Notes under the pieces: model-generated
The model's database searches: none
Seen by the model: the letters and a program-made list of their open reading frames with translations, nothing else
Told to the model about the DNA's origin: nothing
IMG/VR virus record: IMGVR_UViG_3300032216_000646
Location: 1-64,000 of that record
Reading direction: 5' to 3' (one strand)
From: a virus
Taxonomy: Duplodnaviria > Caudoviricetes
Length of the DNA stretch: 64,000 nt
Shown: positions 55,452 through 64,000 of the stretch, one piece after another
How positions within the stretch are numbered: position 1 is the stretch's first letter
How the letters are laid out: each line of letters starts with the position of its first letter
Program-made: the position numbers and the translations under genes

Positions 55452-55478
55452 CTTTTCGATAACGGGGTTATCGAAAAG
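55452..55478. repeat. Perfect 12-bp inverted repeat
   Basis: CTTTTCGATAAC-GGG-GTTATCGAAAAG. Confidence 0.8.
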
Positions 55479-55527
55479 CGACTTTTTACGAGAAGCCGCT
55501 CCGTAAGAAACGGATAGCCTAACGGAT

Positions 55528-55558
55528 AAAAGAAAACCCCCACCGAAGTGAGGGTTCT
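55528..55558 (-). terminator. Terminator ending the nrdJ-nrdH block
   Basis: AACCCTCAC-TTCG-GTGGGGGTT plus T-tract on minus strand. Confidence 0.75.
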
Positions 55559-55571
55559 CATTTGAGTTGAA

Positions 55572-55793
55572 CTACTGAGTTAGCGCATGCAACTTAGTGA
55601 TACGGAAGCCTGACCACGAGTCATTGTCCGTAACCACCACAGGAGCAGAGGTGTAGCCCTTCTCCTCAATCAAAGGCATAATCTCTGGACTGTCAGCAAT
55701 CATCTTCGCAACAAACTCTACGTTGTGGAGCGTCAGGAAGCGCTTAGTCTGCTCACACTGAACACAGTTAGGGTTTGAGTAAACAGTAACCAT
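55572..55793 (-). CDS. nrdH: Glutaredoxin-like NrdH
   Basis: CVQC, APVV and WSGFR motifs. Confidence 0.92.
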   Translation of the reverse strand: MVTVYSNPNCVQCEQTKRFLTLHNVEFVAKMIADSPEIMPLIEEKGYTSAPVVVTDNDSWSGFRITKLHALTQ

Positions 55794-57829
55794 TACGAGT
55801 TCTCCTTGATTAGTTTGATTTCACAAGCGTCAGTGGTGCAGTATGCCTCACCGATGGCGTCAATGCCCAAGCCCTGATAGACCCCAGCAAAGTCGATAGG
55901 GAACAACTTAGCCTCTTGCTCAAGGTATTCCTCCTCGGTGATTTGCGTGTAAGGCATCTGAGGATAGGTGTCATTACCCATTGGCAAGAAAGAGACCGTC
56001 TTTAGTTGTCCGTCATACATTCGCAAACACGTTCCAACATCCTTAGCCTCATCCGTAGCATCGAAAGTTACCGTAACGCTCACTGAGTTATCACTCCAAT
56101 AGCGCTGTGCAGTAGCAGCCAAAGCCATCTTTTCAAAGACAGAGACATCCTTTTCACTGCGCTTGGCGTCAGTTTTGATAGGGAAAAACACAACTGAGGT
56201 AGTGTCTGGTGACTCTGATGCAGGCTCAACACGGTAGTTAGCCATCTTGAATAGTTCAAGCATTGGGTCACTGTTACCAAAACGGATAGCACGGTTGAAG
56301 AACTTACCGCCAGAAGTCCAGTGGACACCTGGAGATTCACCAGCCAAGATAGACACAGTGCCAGAAGGCTTTACAGTAGTCATCTTGATGCTCTCACGGA
56401 TGCCCAGCCACTCACTGTAAGTCTGGTCATAGCCCTTTACTGTCTTGTAACCTTCATCCATCCACTCACGCAAAGTCTGCATGCCCTTGTTGTCTGCAAA
56501 GTTTGCAACACCAGAAACCGAAGTTCCAATGCGACGGTTACGTTGCATGATTGCGTTGGTTTCCTCCCAGTGGGTAGGAAGCAAGGTTACAGTCTTGGCG
56601 TAAAGGTAAGCAAACTTTAGAGTGCGCTTGAAGTCCTCAAGAGAGTCGTGACGGTTCAGGTAAGTCTCAACCAAAGTACACATTTCAAATGATTCAAGTG
56701 ATTGTTCGGCGCAAGGGTTGTAGCCCATGATTCGCCAGTCCTTGTTGTTTGGAGCATCAACTAAGCGACCATACTTCTTAGAAGTGTCCATCCAAATAAC
56801 ACCTGGCTCACCATTGCGAACGATTCCATCGACGATAGGCTCAAAATCTGTGCCTACGGATACCTCTACGGAGTTGTTTGACATCCAAGCCCAACCTGGC
56901 TTTTCAGGGTCATAAGAGTTACGCTCAGGGAACACGTCAGAGTTCTTCAAGTTCAAGAAGTCTTGGTCGTCAATACGCCCGATTAGTAGTTCAGCGGAGC
57001 GACGCACGTTGCCCGAAACTACACAGACACCAATCATGTTGCCAATGTCAGCGATGTCCTTACGGGTAAGTGCTTCGCCTTTGCGACCCAAGAACATCCC
57101 ACGGATGTGGTTATGGAGTTTCAACAGAGGCTCATGTCCAGCAGCAGTGCCACCAAACGTTTTGATAGGCGCTCCGTAAGGGCGAATCTGGTCATAGTTG
57201 AAGTCCCAGTTAGGCTGGTCAGGCTTCAAGAAAGAGTTGATAAGCGCAGAAGTAGACTCTTGCCATCCTTCACGAGTGTCAGGGATGTCGTAATCCTGTG
57301 GGGTGTTTGGCTCATAGATTTCAAAACCTTTGTCTGCACCCTTGTCATCAAAGCCAACACCAACGCCCAACATAGACGCCTCCATAAGAAAAGCGAAAGG
57401 CTTGGCAGGGTTGTTCTTAGTCATTTCATTGGTGGAAACAAATGCACAGTTCTGCAGAGCCGCTGAGTTCTTTTGCTTGTTTACAATGTCAGTTCCCATG
57501 ACCCAAAGTCCACGACCTGGTGGTGTCCACTTCAAGTTGAACAGACGGTCAAACGCCTCCTTAGCCGAGGCTGCTGCCTTAGCGTCAGACCATGGCAAGC
57601 GTGATGACTTAGCGTGGTCTTTCTGAAGTGAATACATACCGTTGATTACACGCTCACATACTTCGACCCAAGTTTCCTTAGTGCCATCGTCTTTCTTGCG
57701 GGAGTATGTGCGGAGGAATGTAATCTCGCCTACGGAGTTTCCTGCTACATCTTTGTAACCAAACGGTGCTTTCTTATCCTTGTAAGTTGATACAAAATCT
57801 TCCGCTAAACGGAAAGAGAACATGCTCAT
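55793..57829 (-). CDS. nrdJ: Class II (B12-dependent) ribonucleotide reductase
   Basis: NCAF, NPCAEQ, TVKPSGT, NSVSVT and C-terminal CxxxxC. Confidence 0.93.
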   Translation of the reverse strand: MSMFSFRLAEDFVSTYKDKKAPFGYKDVAGNSVGEITFLRTYSRKKDDGTKETWVEVCERVINGMYSLQKDHAKSSRLPWSDAKAAASAKEAFDRLFNLKWTPPGRGLWVMGTDIVNKQKNSAALQNCAFVSTNEMTKNNPAKPFAFLMEASMLGVGVGFDDKGADKGFEIYEPNTPQDYDIPDTREGWQESTSALINSFLKPDQPNWDFNYDQIRPYGAPIKTFGGTAAGHEPLLKLHNHIRGMFLGRKGEALTRKDIADIGNMIGVCVVSGNVRRSAELLIGRIDDQDFLNLKNSDVFPERNSYDPEKPGWAWMSNNSVEVSVGTDFEPIVDGIVRNGEPGVIWMDTSKKYGRLVDAPNNKDWRIMGYNPCAEQSLESFEMCTLVETYLNRHDSLEDFKRTLKFAYLYAKTVTLLPTHWEETNAIMQRNRRIGTSVSGVANFADNKGMQTLREWMDEGYKTVKGYDQTYSEWLGIRESIKMTTVKPSGTVSILAGESPGVHWTSGGKFFNRAIRFGNSDPMLELFKMANYRVEPASESPDTTSVVFFPIKTDAKRSEKDVSVFEKMALAATAQRYWSDNSVSVTVTFDATDEAKDVGTCLRMYDGQLKTVSFLPMGNDTYPQMPYTQITEEEYLEQEAKLFPIDFAGVYQGLGIDAIGEAYCTTDACEIKLIKENS

Positions 57830-57981
57830 AAAGCCACCATTTCTTGTTTTAGTTAAATACCCCCAGATTGGGGAACTTCTATTGTCGCTTGACTGAGCAT
57901 AATCTACTTCTGATAACTCTGTCAAAATGAGACGATTTTTGCGTCCGACAGGTATCCGTCAGACAGCACCACTGTTATCAG

Positions 57982-59496
57982 TTACTTATCTTCGATAGCA
58001 TTCTTGATAATGTAAGTGGTTTGCTCTTCCGTCATACCCTGTTGCTGACGTTCTTGCTCCTTGATTGCCTGCACTCTGTCACCAAAGATTGCGCTCAAAA
58101 CACCCTGACCAGCATTGCGTTGTGCAGTGATTTGAATGAACTCTTTATTCTCATCAAGAGCCTTGATTTTCTCCAACATCTTGAAGTATCTGTCCATCTC
58201 TTGAGACAAGTTAGGGTCAGCATAACCACCGTTCAACTCCTCTGAGAACCGCATGAATGCTACTCTCTGGGCTTGCATCTCAAGCAACGTAGTGTTCAAC
58301 GCACGTAGTTGAGCAGGGGTCTCGACCTTGACTGGCAGGTTGAATGCACAAGTGTTTGCAGGCTTGAATGCAGGGCAGTTAGCAGCAATAAAACAGGTGT
58401 CACACTGCCTCAAAGAGGTGGTGTTGGACTGCACCATAGGCACTTGCTTTAGAACATCACGACCATCTTGATTCTCTACAACAGTGGTCATCTCGTAACC
58501 AAAAACAGGCATAGAAATGACCTCAGAAGGGTCTCTTTGAACTACTTCTTGTCTTTCGACTTTCCGCATTTCAGAACCGTTGTTATCAGAAGAACCTATA
58601 CCTGTTTCCATCAAACCAGTGTATAAAGTATCGTCACTGTTGTCAGATAGTTCTGACTGGGTTGGCTTCCATGGATGGTTGTTATTGCTGGGTGTGTCTT
58701 TACTCACATTTGCCTCTAACTGTAAATACGACCAGATTGCCAGCCGTGTTGCTTCCAAAGTATCATCCGCAACAAACTTCGCAAAGTCCAAGTCTGCACG
58801 TTCAACAATGTTCTTGTAGCGGGGTCTAGCCTGCTCTTTCATCCGTTTTGGGTAACGAACTAACTTGCCACCATCCCACACAATGGTTTCTCCTCGACGC
58901 ATCGGTGATAGCCAAGAAAGAGTAGATGTAGTAGCAAAAGGAATCTGTCTTAGATTGTCGGGTTTTGCACAAGCCAGAGCGTGGAAGCGTACTGGGTGCT
59001 GACGGATAAGGTTACGGACAACGCCAGCCAAGGATGTAACAGACTCAATAGCCTCATAAGGGATGGCAATGTTCTGGAACTGAGTTGCCCACTTCTGCAA
59101 TACAAGAGTGTTGTATGACTCATGCCAAACAATCCACATCTTTGGGTCGTTCTCGAAAGAGGCACGGTTTGCCACAATCTTAGGCAACCCCCAAACTTGT
59201 GAGTCAAACTCTACCCAACCTTCGATGCGGTCATAGTTTTCAGCAATGAACTCCTCATACTCGGCTGCGTAATCTTCTAACTCGGATGGACTTAGGTTAG
59301 CCTTATCTGCTTGAGTTGCGCCAGAATCAACAAAAACCTTCATTTGGGGAAGAAAATGCTCCGCAATCAGGTATTTCTTAGTAGTAGGTAACCCACGCTT
59401 ACGGAGACCCCAATAGTTGAGCATTACGTGACGGACACCCTCACGCTCCAACAGGGTTCTATTGGACGGAATCTCTACTCCACCAAAGATAATCAT
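57982..59496 (-). CDS. TGT/DpdA-like barrel fused to a Cys4 domain
   Basis: VFVDSGA, FHAL and STLSW pattern; CDTC....CP......C. Confidence 0.5.
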   Translation of the reverse strand: MIIFGGVEIPSNRTLLEREGVRHVMLNYWGLRKRGLPTTKKYLIAEHFLPQMKVFVDSGATQADKANLSPSELEDYAAEYEEFIAENYDRIEGWVEFDSQVWGLPKIVANRASFENDPKMWIVWHESYNTLVLQKWATQFQNIAIPYEAIESVTSLAGVVRNLIRQHPVRFHALACAKPDNLRQIPFATTSTLSWLSPMRRGETIVWDGGKLVRYPKRMKEQARPRYKNIVERADLDFAKFVADDTLEATRLAIWSYLQLEANVSKDTPSNNNHPWKPTQSELSDNSDDTLYTGLMETGIGSSDNNGSEMRKVERQEVVQRDPSEVISMPVFGYEMTTVVENQDGRDVLKQVPMVQSNTTSLRQCDTCFIAANCPAFKPANTCAFNLPVKVETPAQLRALNTTLLEMQAQRVAFMRFSEELNGGYADPNLSQEMDRYFKMLEKIKALDENKEFIQITAQRNAGQGVLSAIFGDRVQAIKEQERQQQGMTEEQTTYIIKNAIEDK

Positions 59497-59978
59497 TCGA
59501 AGTTCAACCCCTCAGTGCGGGTCAAACGAGCATCTTGTGTTTTTAGTTCATTCTGCTTACGGATGGCTTCTTCAATGTCAGTCCATGCCCTTACACGCTT
59601 AGGAGCGTCAGGACGGAACTCTGGACGGGTGTATGAGGGAACACCAAACATCAAAGGCACAATGCCTTGGTCAAACGCATACGCCCACATGGTTGGGTTG
59701 TTAGTTAGGAATAGGTCAATACGACCTCTGGCTCTAGCCACGTTGATTTGACGTTCTGCAAGGTTTTCGTCAACTAACGCTACGGACTTGTCAATCAAGT
59801 TGTCGTAATCAACGATTTTATTGACATCAATCCACTGCTGTGCCTCAAGAGCAGACATGTCAGTCATAAACGAAATCTGGTTATAGGCGGCTAACTGAGC
59901 CACCAAAATGATGCCCTGAGAGATTGGCTCATCATTACGCCCCCGTAATACGCCTTCTAGTTCTACAAGTATGTGCAT
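59493..59978 (-). CDS. HAD-fold protein, degenerate
   Basis: ILVELEGVL in place of DxDGVL. Confidence 0.5.
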   Translation of the reverse strand: MHILVELEGVLRGRNDEPISQGIILVAQLAAYNQISFMTDMSALEAQQWIDVNKIVDYDNLIDKSVALVDENLAERQINVARARGRIDLFLTNNPTMWAYAFDQGIVPLMFGVPSYTRPEFRPDAPKRVRAWTDIEEAIRKQNELKTQDARLTRTEGLNFE

Positions 59979-60075
59979 AGTTTCCTAGTCGTTTTCGTCG
60001 CCACTACAGTGGCATCGACATTTTTCTTCCATGCAGACATTCCCGTAAAGTTCATGCCCGCATAATCTACAGTAG

Positions 60076-60969
60076 TCAGTTATTGAGATGAGTGTTCCTA
60101 TAGGTTGCTGCTCGACGAATCAGTGTTCTAGCATCTGGGAGTTCTGCGGCTGCAGAAGGCTGACGGAGGTTCTCACGGATACTACGGAGCAACCCAATAG
60201 TTCCCAATCTTTTGCCCGCCTGCCATCTGTAGTTATGGAAATCAGCATAACCAGTTCCTGTGGAAGAAAAGGCTAAACCTCTATTACTGTGAATCTCGTC
60301 ATAAAGGGCTGAGGCTTGTTGACCAACAATAGATAGTCGGCTTTGCGCATTACGCCTCAAAGCGTCGTTATGAGACGTCTGGACGTCATTTAGAGCCTGT
60401 GTGTAACGAGTGTGAGCCTGTGACGCTAACTGGGCGTCAGATGCCACTACAGAGTCCCATGCGGGCTGTGCAGGGGCTTTCTGGTTTGGGTCTGGGTGGA
60501 CAGTCCATTCGTCGTATTTGAGGTCGTATGCGGCGTATGGCTTGATAGCACGAATGTCAGTAGCACCAGCGTTTACGTAAAAAGTTAGTTCGTAACCATT
60601 CCAGTCAGCGGTCTGTGGTTGCAGTTCTTCTCTAAACTCTTCGTTTAGTTGTTCGCTAATCTCAGTATCCGACAGACCAGCAAACTCTGGGTTGGCTTTA
60701 CGGAACTGTAGATAATCCACACCTATAAGACAATCAAGGTCAGCAGGTTGTCTATTGGCTGACCATTGGTATGACACTCCAGACCCTGCAAGCCATGGAC
60801 GTGACCATAGTTCTGGATGGCGGTAACGAACGCCTAAGAAGTCATTGAGCGTGGCGACTATACCCGTACGCACCCAAGACTGCAAAACCCTACCCTGAAA
60901 TAGGGTAGGGTCAAGCATCTTTTCAGGTTCGCTGAAGTAAGAAGTAGGGTTGACGCCTGCAGTAGTCAT
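60076..60969 (-). CDS. Nucleotidyltransferase-fold protein
   Basis: LAGS...DLD motif, later ELTFYV and YDL..D.W. Confidence 0.75.
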   Translation of the reverse strand: MTTAGVNPTSYFSEPEKMLDPTLFQGRVLQSWVRTGIVATLNDFLGVRYRHPELWSRPWLAGSGVSYQWSANRQPADLDCLIGVDYLQFRKANPEFAGLSDTEISEQLNEEFREELQPQTADWNGYELTFYVNAGATDIRAIKPYAAYDLKYDEWTVHPDPNQKAPAQPAWDSVVASDAQLASQAHTRYTQALNDVQTSHNDALRRNAQSRLSIVGQQASALYDEIHSNRGLAFSSTGTGYADFHNYRWQAGKRLGTIGLLRSIRENLRQPSAAAELPDARTLIRRAATYRNTHLNN

Positions 60970-60978
60970 ACGACTAGT

Positions 60979-61182
60979 TTAGTCGTTATCTGGCGTTTTC
61001 GGCGTCTGTATTACCCTGTGATTACGGACGTTTTCAGCATTGAAGGTTGGCTCAATAAAGCCGCAATCAACATGGGCTTCAGCAAACCTATTGGCAAAGT
61101 CGATTACTACCGAATCCATCTCATCGGCAGCGTCCATTGTGAACGAACTGTCACAACTTCCACACTTCAACTCAACCATCAT
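60979..61182 (-). CDS. Small Zn-binding protein
   Basis: CGSC...H..CG; GGAG RBS. Confidence 0.6.
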   Translation of the reverse strand: MMVELKCGSCDSSFTMDAADEMDSVVIDFANRFAEAHVDCGFIEPTFNAENVRNHRVIQTPKTPDND

Positions 61183-61185
61183 GGC

Positions 61186-61476
61186 TTATTCTCCTTCGGG
61201 AGTAACTCCACGCTTTGCCAGCGCTTCCTTTACCTTATCAGAAACCGACTCAGGAGTTGGGTTCAAAATAGGCATAAGGGTGGCGACAATACGGTCAACC
61301 AGAAGGGCGTTGTCCACTTCTTGGACTACCTGACGGGCAATCTGGTAGATGTCAAAGTTAGTGGCGGGGCGCTTGGTAACCAACTCATCGGTGATTGGGT
61401 CTGGGCTGGTGGCAAACGTTCCATCAGCGTAAATGACTACGGAGAAGGAGGTTTCGATTTCTTTGTTTTCGGACAT
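61186..61476 (-). CDS. Hypothetical protein
   Basis: AAGGA RBS before MSENKE. Confidence 0.65.
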   Translation of the reverse strand: MSENKEIETSFSVVIYADGTFATSPDPITDELVTKRPATNFDIYQIARQVVQEVDNALLVDRIVATLMPILNPTPESVSDKVKEALAKRGVTPEGE

Positions 61477-61483
61477 GTTTTCC

Positions 61484-62044
61484 TTAGTTGTTGTAGAGAC
61501 CCATAATCTGACGGCGACGTTGAACAACCTCACCGTGATAAGGGCAGAAGTTACAGGTGTAAACTTTAGGACCGTCAAGGTGTTCAGGCAATGGTAACCC
61601 TAGTTCCCCACGTTCCTTGGCAGTGTTTGGAAGAAGGCGCTTAGATGGGCTTTGGTAGTCTTCACAATCAAACTTAGGCTGATTGTGACGCTGCCAACAT
61701 TCCATAGCATCTTCCGCAAACTGCATTTTGGTTTCATAAAATGACTTGTCAGGGTCAATCTCATTTAGACCAGCAGAACCACCCTTTTTGAACTGCTCAA
61801 GGATGACTTTTTTCTGCTCAGGATTTGCCCATGCAGTTACAGGCAACTTGAACAACTTACCCTTATGAGGTTCTCCAGAGTCAAACACATGTTTTTCCAG
61901 AGAAATCTCTAGTAGATAATCACGGTCGCTCGGACCCTCATAGTCAGGCAGTTCTTCAAGAGTTTCACAAACTAGGCACATCAACAAACGGATGAGCGGA
62001 CCTTCGATTGGTTTTGAACCAATAACGGGTTTGAAATCAGACAT
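61484..62044 (-). CDS. Cys-containing hypothetical protein
   Basis: AGGAG RBS; CxxC, C..H...C and CNFCP. Confidence 0.7.
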   Translation of the reverse strand: MSDFKPVIGSKPIEGPLIRLLMCLVCETLEELPDYEGPSDRDYLLEISLEKHVFDSGEPHKGKLFKLPVTAWANPEQKKVILEQFKKGGSAGLNEIDPDKSFYETKMQFAEDAMECWQRHNQPKFDCEDYQSPSKRLLPNTAKERGELGLPLPEHLDGPKVYTCNFCPYHGEVVQRRRQIMGLYNN

Positions 62045-62090
62045 GTAATGCTCCTAGTTAGAAAACTATCTAACTACATACTAGTGGGTT

Positions 62091-62471
62091 TTAGAACTTT
62101 TGGCGAGGGTTGAATGTAGGTTTTGGTTCGTGCAGAATACGCATGTTCTGGTCACGTTCGTTAGGGTGAGGTTTGGTGGAGTGCATGATGCCTCCACTAA
62201 TCTGTAGCCCTGGACTGGTTGGGTGGTCTTCTGCGTGAACAGTATAGCCAAAACGTCCAGCAACACCTACATTGCTAACAGACTCATGAATACGTTTGAT
62301 TCCCTCTGCCATCGTGTTGGCGTGAAAGTGATTTACACCACCATCTGGGCTATACACTTGGAACTTCTTTAGACCTGCAAAGTTCTTATCAGTGTCCATG
62401 TTCATGGTGTCCTGATGAGCATGCTCATACAGGTTTGAACGGTTAGGGTGATTGCCACGGTCTTCGGGCAT
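62091..62471 (-). CDS. His-rich hypothetical protein
   Basis: Start at ATG 62471 or 62486; NHPNR motif. Confidence 0.6.
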   Translation of the reverse strand: MPEDRGNHPNRSNLYEHAHQDTMNMDTDKNFAGLKKFQVYSPDGGVNHFHANTMAEGIKRIHESVSNVGVAGRFGYTVHAEDHPTSPGLQISGGIMHSTKPHPNERDQNMRILHEPKPTFNPRQKF

Positions 62472-62485
62472 AGCGGCTGTGTACA

Positions 62486-62908
62486 TTAGACTTCCTGAAC
62501 TGGACGACCAGAGGCGGCTGCGCCACGACGTAGTGTCCCTTGGTGGATACTTGTGGTCATACTGTGCTTGTCCTTTGGAATGACCCAACCCTGTGACTCG
62601 CTGTGAACACCAATAGGAGTTCCATAAGACTTCACAATGTAGTTGATGTCAGCCAATGACTTGATAGCCTGCAGACCTGCGCCTGAATACAAACGACCAA
62701 AAGAAATGTCAGTTCCAGCGGTTGGAGAAATCCTCTGACCGCTAAATGAACCAGAAGTAGCAAAACTCTTCAACTGAGAGATTGGAGCATCTGCAGTTGA
62801 ACGAGTGGCTCTCTCATTCTTTTCACGACGAGTAGGCACAGCCTTTGATTCGTGGTAGTGAACACCAAGTTGTGGCTCGCCACATGTAGGGCAAAAATCT
62901 GCACCCAT
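62486..62908 (-). CDS. Hypothetical protein
   Basis: CPTC; Y.V.SYGTPI...S.TTS.HQ pattern. Confidence 0.65.
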   Translation of the reverse strand: MGADFCPTCGEPQLGVHYHESKAVPTRREKNERATRSTADAPISQLKSFATSGSFSGQRISPTAGTDISFGRLYSGAGLQAIKSLADINYIVKSYGTPIGVHSESQGWVIPKDKHSMTTSIHQGTLRRGAAASGRPVQEV

Positions 62909-62910
62909 AG

Positions 62911-63129
62911 TTAAAACTTCCAATCGTGTTCGGCAGGTTTTTGCTTCTTCCAAGACTCAATCATGTTACCGCTTCCATCTCCAACTGGAACAAAATCAGG
63001 ATTTGATTTTTTGTTCCATGTCGCTTCTGCTTGTTTCCAAGCATCAGTGTGGGCGTCTGTGTGCGGGTTTAGTTCGGTAACATCACCGACGGCTTTTCCT
63101 GCCTTACTACGTTTTCTAAATAGAGGCAT
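62911..63129 (-). CDS. Hypothetical protein
   Basis: ORF in operon. Confidence 0.6.
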   Translation of the reverse strand: MPLFRKRSKAGKAVGDVTELNPHTDAHTDAWKQAEATWNKKSNPDFVPVGDGSGNMIESWKKQKPAEHDWKF

Positions 63130-63131
63130 GA

Positions 63132-63338
63132 TTACTTCCCTGGGTTTACCTTGGCTGGGTATTCAGAAGTCTTGAAACCGTAACCATAAAATGGGTGAAG
63201 TGACTGTAGGTTGTCTACAGTCTTCTCGTGACCTAGAACATCTAGGACTTCGGTGTCTGGGCGAGCCTTGCGGTACTTGCCATCAGTTGTGCCTTCTTCA
63301 AGGCTCTTGCTCATTGAGCGGCTGGTGTTTACTGCCAT
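63132..63338 (-). CDS. Hypothetical protein
   Basis: ORF in operon. Confidence 0.65.
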   Translation of the reverse strand: MAVNTSRSMSKSLEEGTTDGKYRKARPDTEVLDVLGHEKTVDNLQSLHPFYGYGFKTSEYPAKVNPGK

Positions 63339-63349
63339 TTTCTTCTTTC

Positions 63350-63655
63350 CTAACTTAGGTATGCGTACTTGTAAGAGTTTACGATGCCCTCAGCGATGTC
63401 TTTAGGAGTCATTGACTGACCATAACGGGCATCTCTGCCTTCAGCAACTCCAAGAGACGCTGCAGTGCCTAAGTGTTCAGCGGCAATCTGCAACTGGTTG
63501 TGTGCTTCTCTAAAGTTGTTGCTGTCGTGATGTTCGGCAGAACGGTGAAATGCTTTGACAGCCCTGTCTAATGTTGAGTGAACTGCGTCGCTTGTCCCAT
63601 TGTAGTAACCTACACGGTTGATAAGTTCTGCCATGTCGTCATGTTCAGGTGTCAT
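63350..63655 (-). CDS. His/Ala-rich helical protein
   Basis: AGGA RBS; paralog of next ORF. Confidence 0.65.
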   Translation of the reverse strand: MTPEHDDMAELINRVGYYNGTSDAVHSTLDRAVKAFHRSAEHHDSNNFREAHNQLQIAAEHLGTAASLGVAEGRDARYGQSMTPKDIAEGIVNSYKYAYLS

Positions 63656-63661
63656 GATTTC

Positions 63662-63973
63662 CTAACCTAGGTACTGTCTGCGGTATGCGGATGCAATCGA
63701 GTCAGCAATAGGACGAACCTGTCCATTGCTTAGTAGGCGACCGATTGAACCAATGTGAGATGCTGCGCTTGATAGTGCAGAATGTGCGGCACGATACGAT
63801 TTCTTGCCGTGAAGAACCATTGCTTGGTGGAGCATGTCATCTGCTCTGTCAGCCAAAGTGTCTACTTGGTTACTAGATGCGTCATCTAGACCACGCAACT
63901 GTTGAGCATGGGCGTTTCGTCCCTGAGCCAGAAGGCTGTACATTTGATTGATGTGGTGGCTGTCTGGATTCAT
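63662..63973 (-). CDS. His/Ala-rich helical protein
   Basis: Shares AH..L..AA.H.G and IA..I...Y...YL with neighbour. Confidence 0.65.
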   Translation of the reverse strand: MNPDSHHINQMYSLLAQGRNAHAQQLRGLDDASSNQVDTLADRADDMLHQAMVLHGKKSYRAAHSALSSAASHIGSIGRLLSNGQVRPIADSIASAYRRQYLG

Positions 63974-64000
63974 TACGAAATCATCCCTTTCACTCTGTGT

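Noticed and set aside
41900-55530. CRISPR array interpretation of the TCCG and leader repeats
   Set aside because: Repeats are short and dispersed, with no regular spacers and no cas genes

Overview
The window is part of a large contractile-tailed dsDNA phage (myovirus) genome. The host is almost certainly an actinobacterium, given WhiB, a ClgR-like HTH, NrdH, an MSMEG_6728-family gene and apparent leaderless promoters. Bases 1-40k (minus strand) hold virion and lysis genes: partial tape measure, tail chaperone, tube, sheath, neck, fibre proteins, N4-gp56-type capsid, scaffold, portal, terminase, M23 lysin and holin-like proteins. The same strand also carries a DNA methyltransferase, Hsp20, an RNA cluster with a tmRNA, and a 6.4-kb array of small ART-fold, GNAT and ParB/Srx enzymes sharing short N-terminal tags. 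40.6-41.9 kb is non-coding and contains a perfect parS. 41.9-55.3 kb (plus strand) is an early-type region with a MoxR AAA+/VWA pair, small genes, WhiB, an excisionase-like HTH, an integrase and NlpC/P60, studded with oriented DNA repeats. 55.6-64 kb (minus strand) holds NrdH, class II RNR and TGT-like, HAD-like and nucleotidyltransferase genes. Best candidates for new biology: (1) the tagged effector-enzyme array, (2) a -1 frameshift giving secreted versus membrane-anchored PA14 protein, (3) 22 TCCG-N8-TCCG arrays, 19 of them co-oriented with early transcription, (4) a tmRNA flanked by two more structured RNAs, (5) a phage-borne parS. All family calls are from motif recognition by eye; no searches were run.
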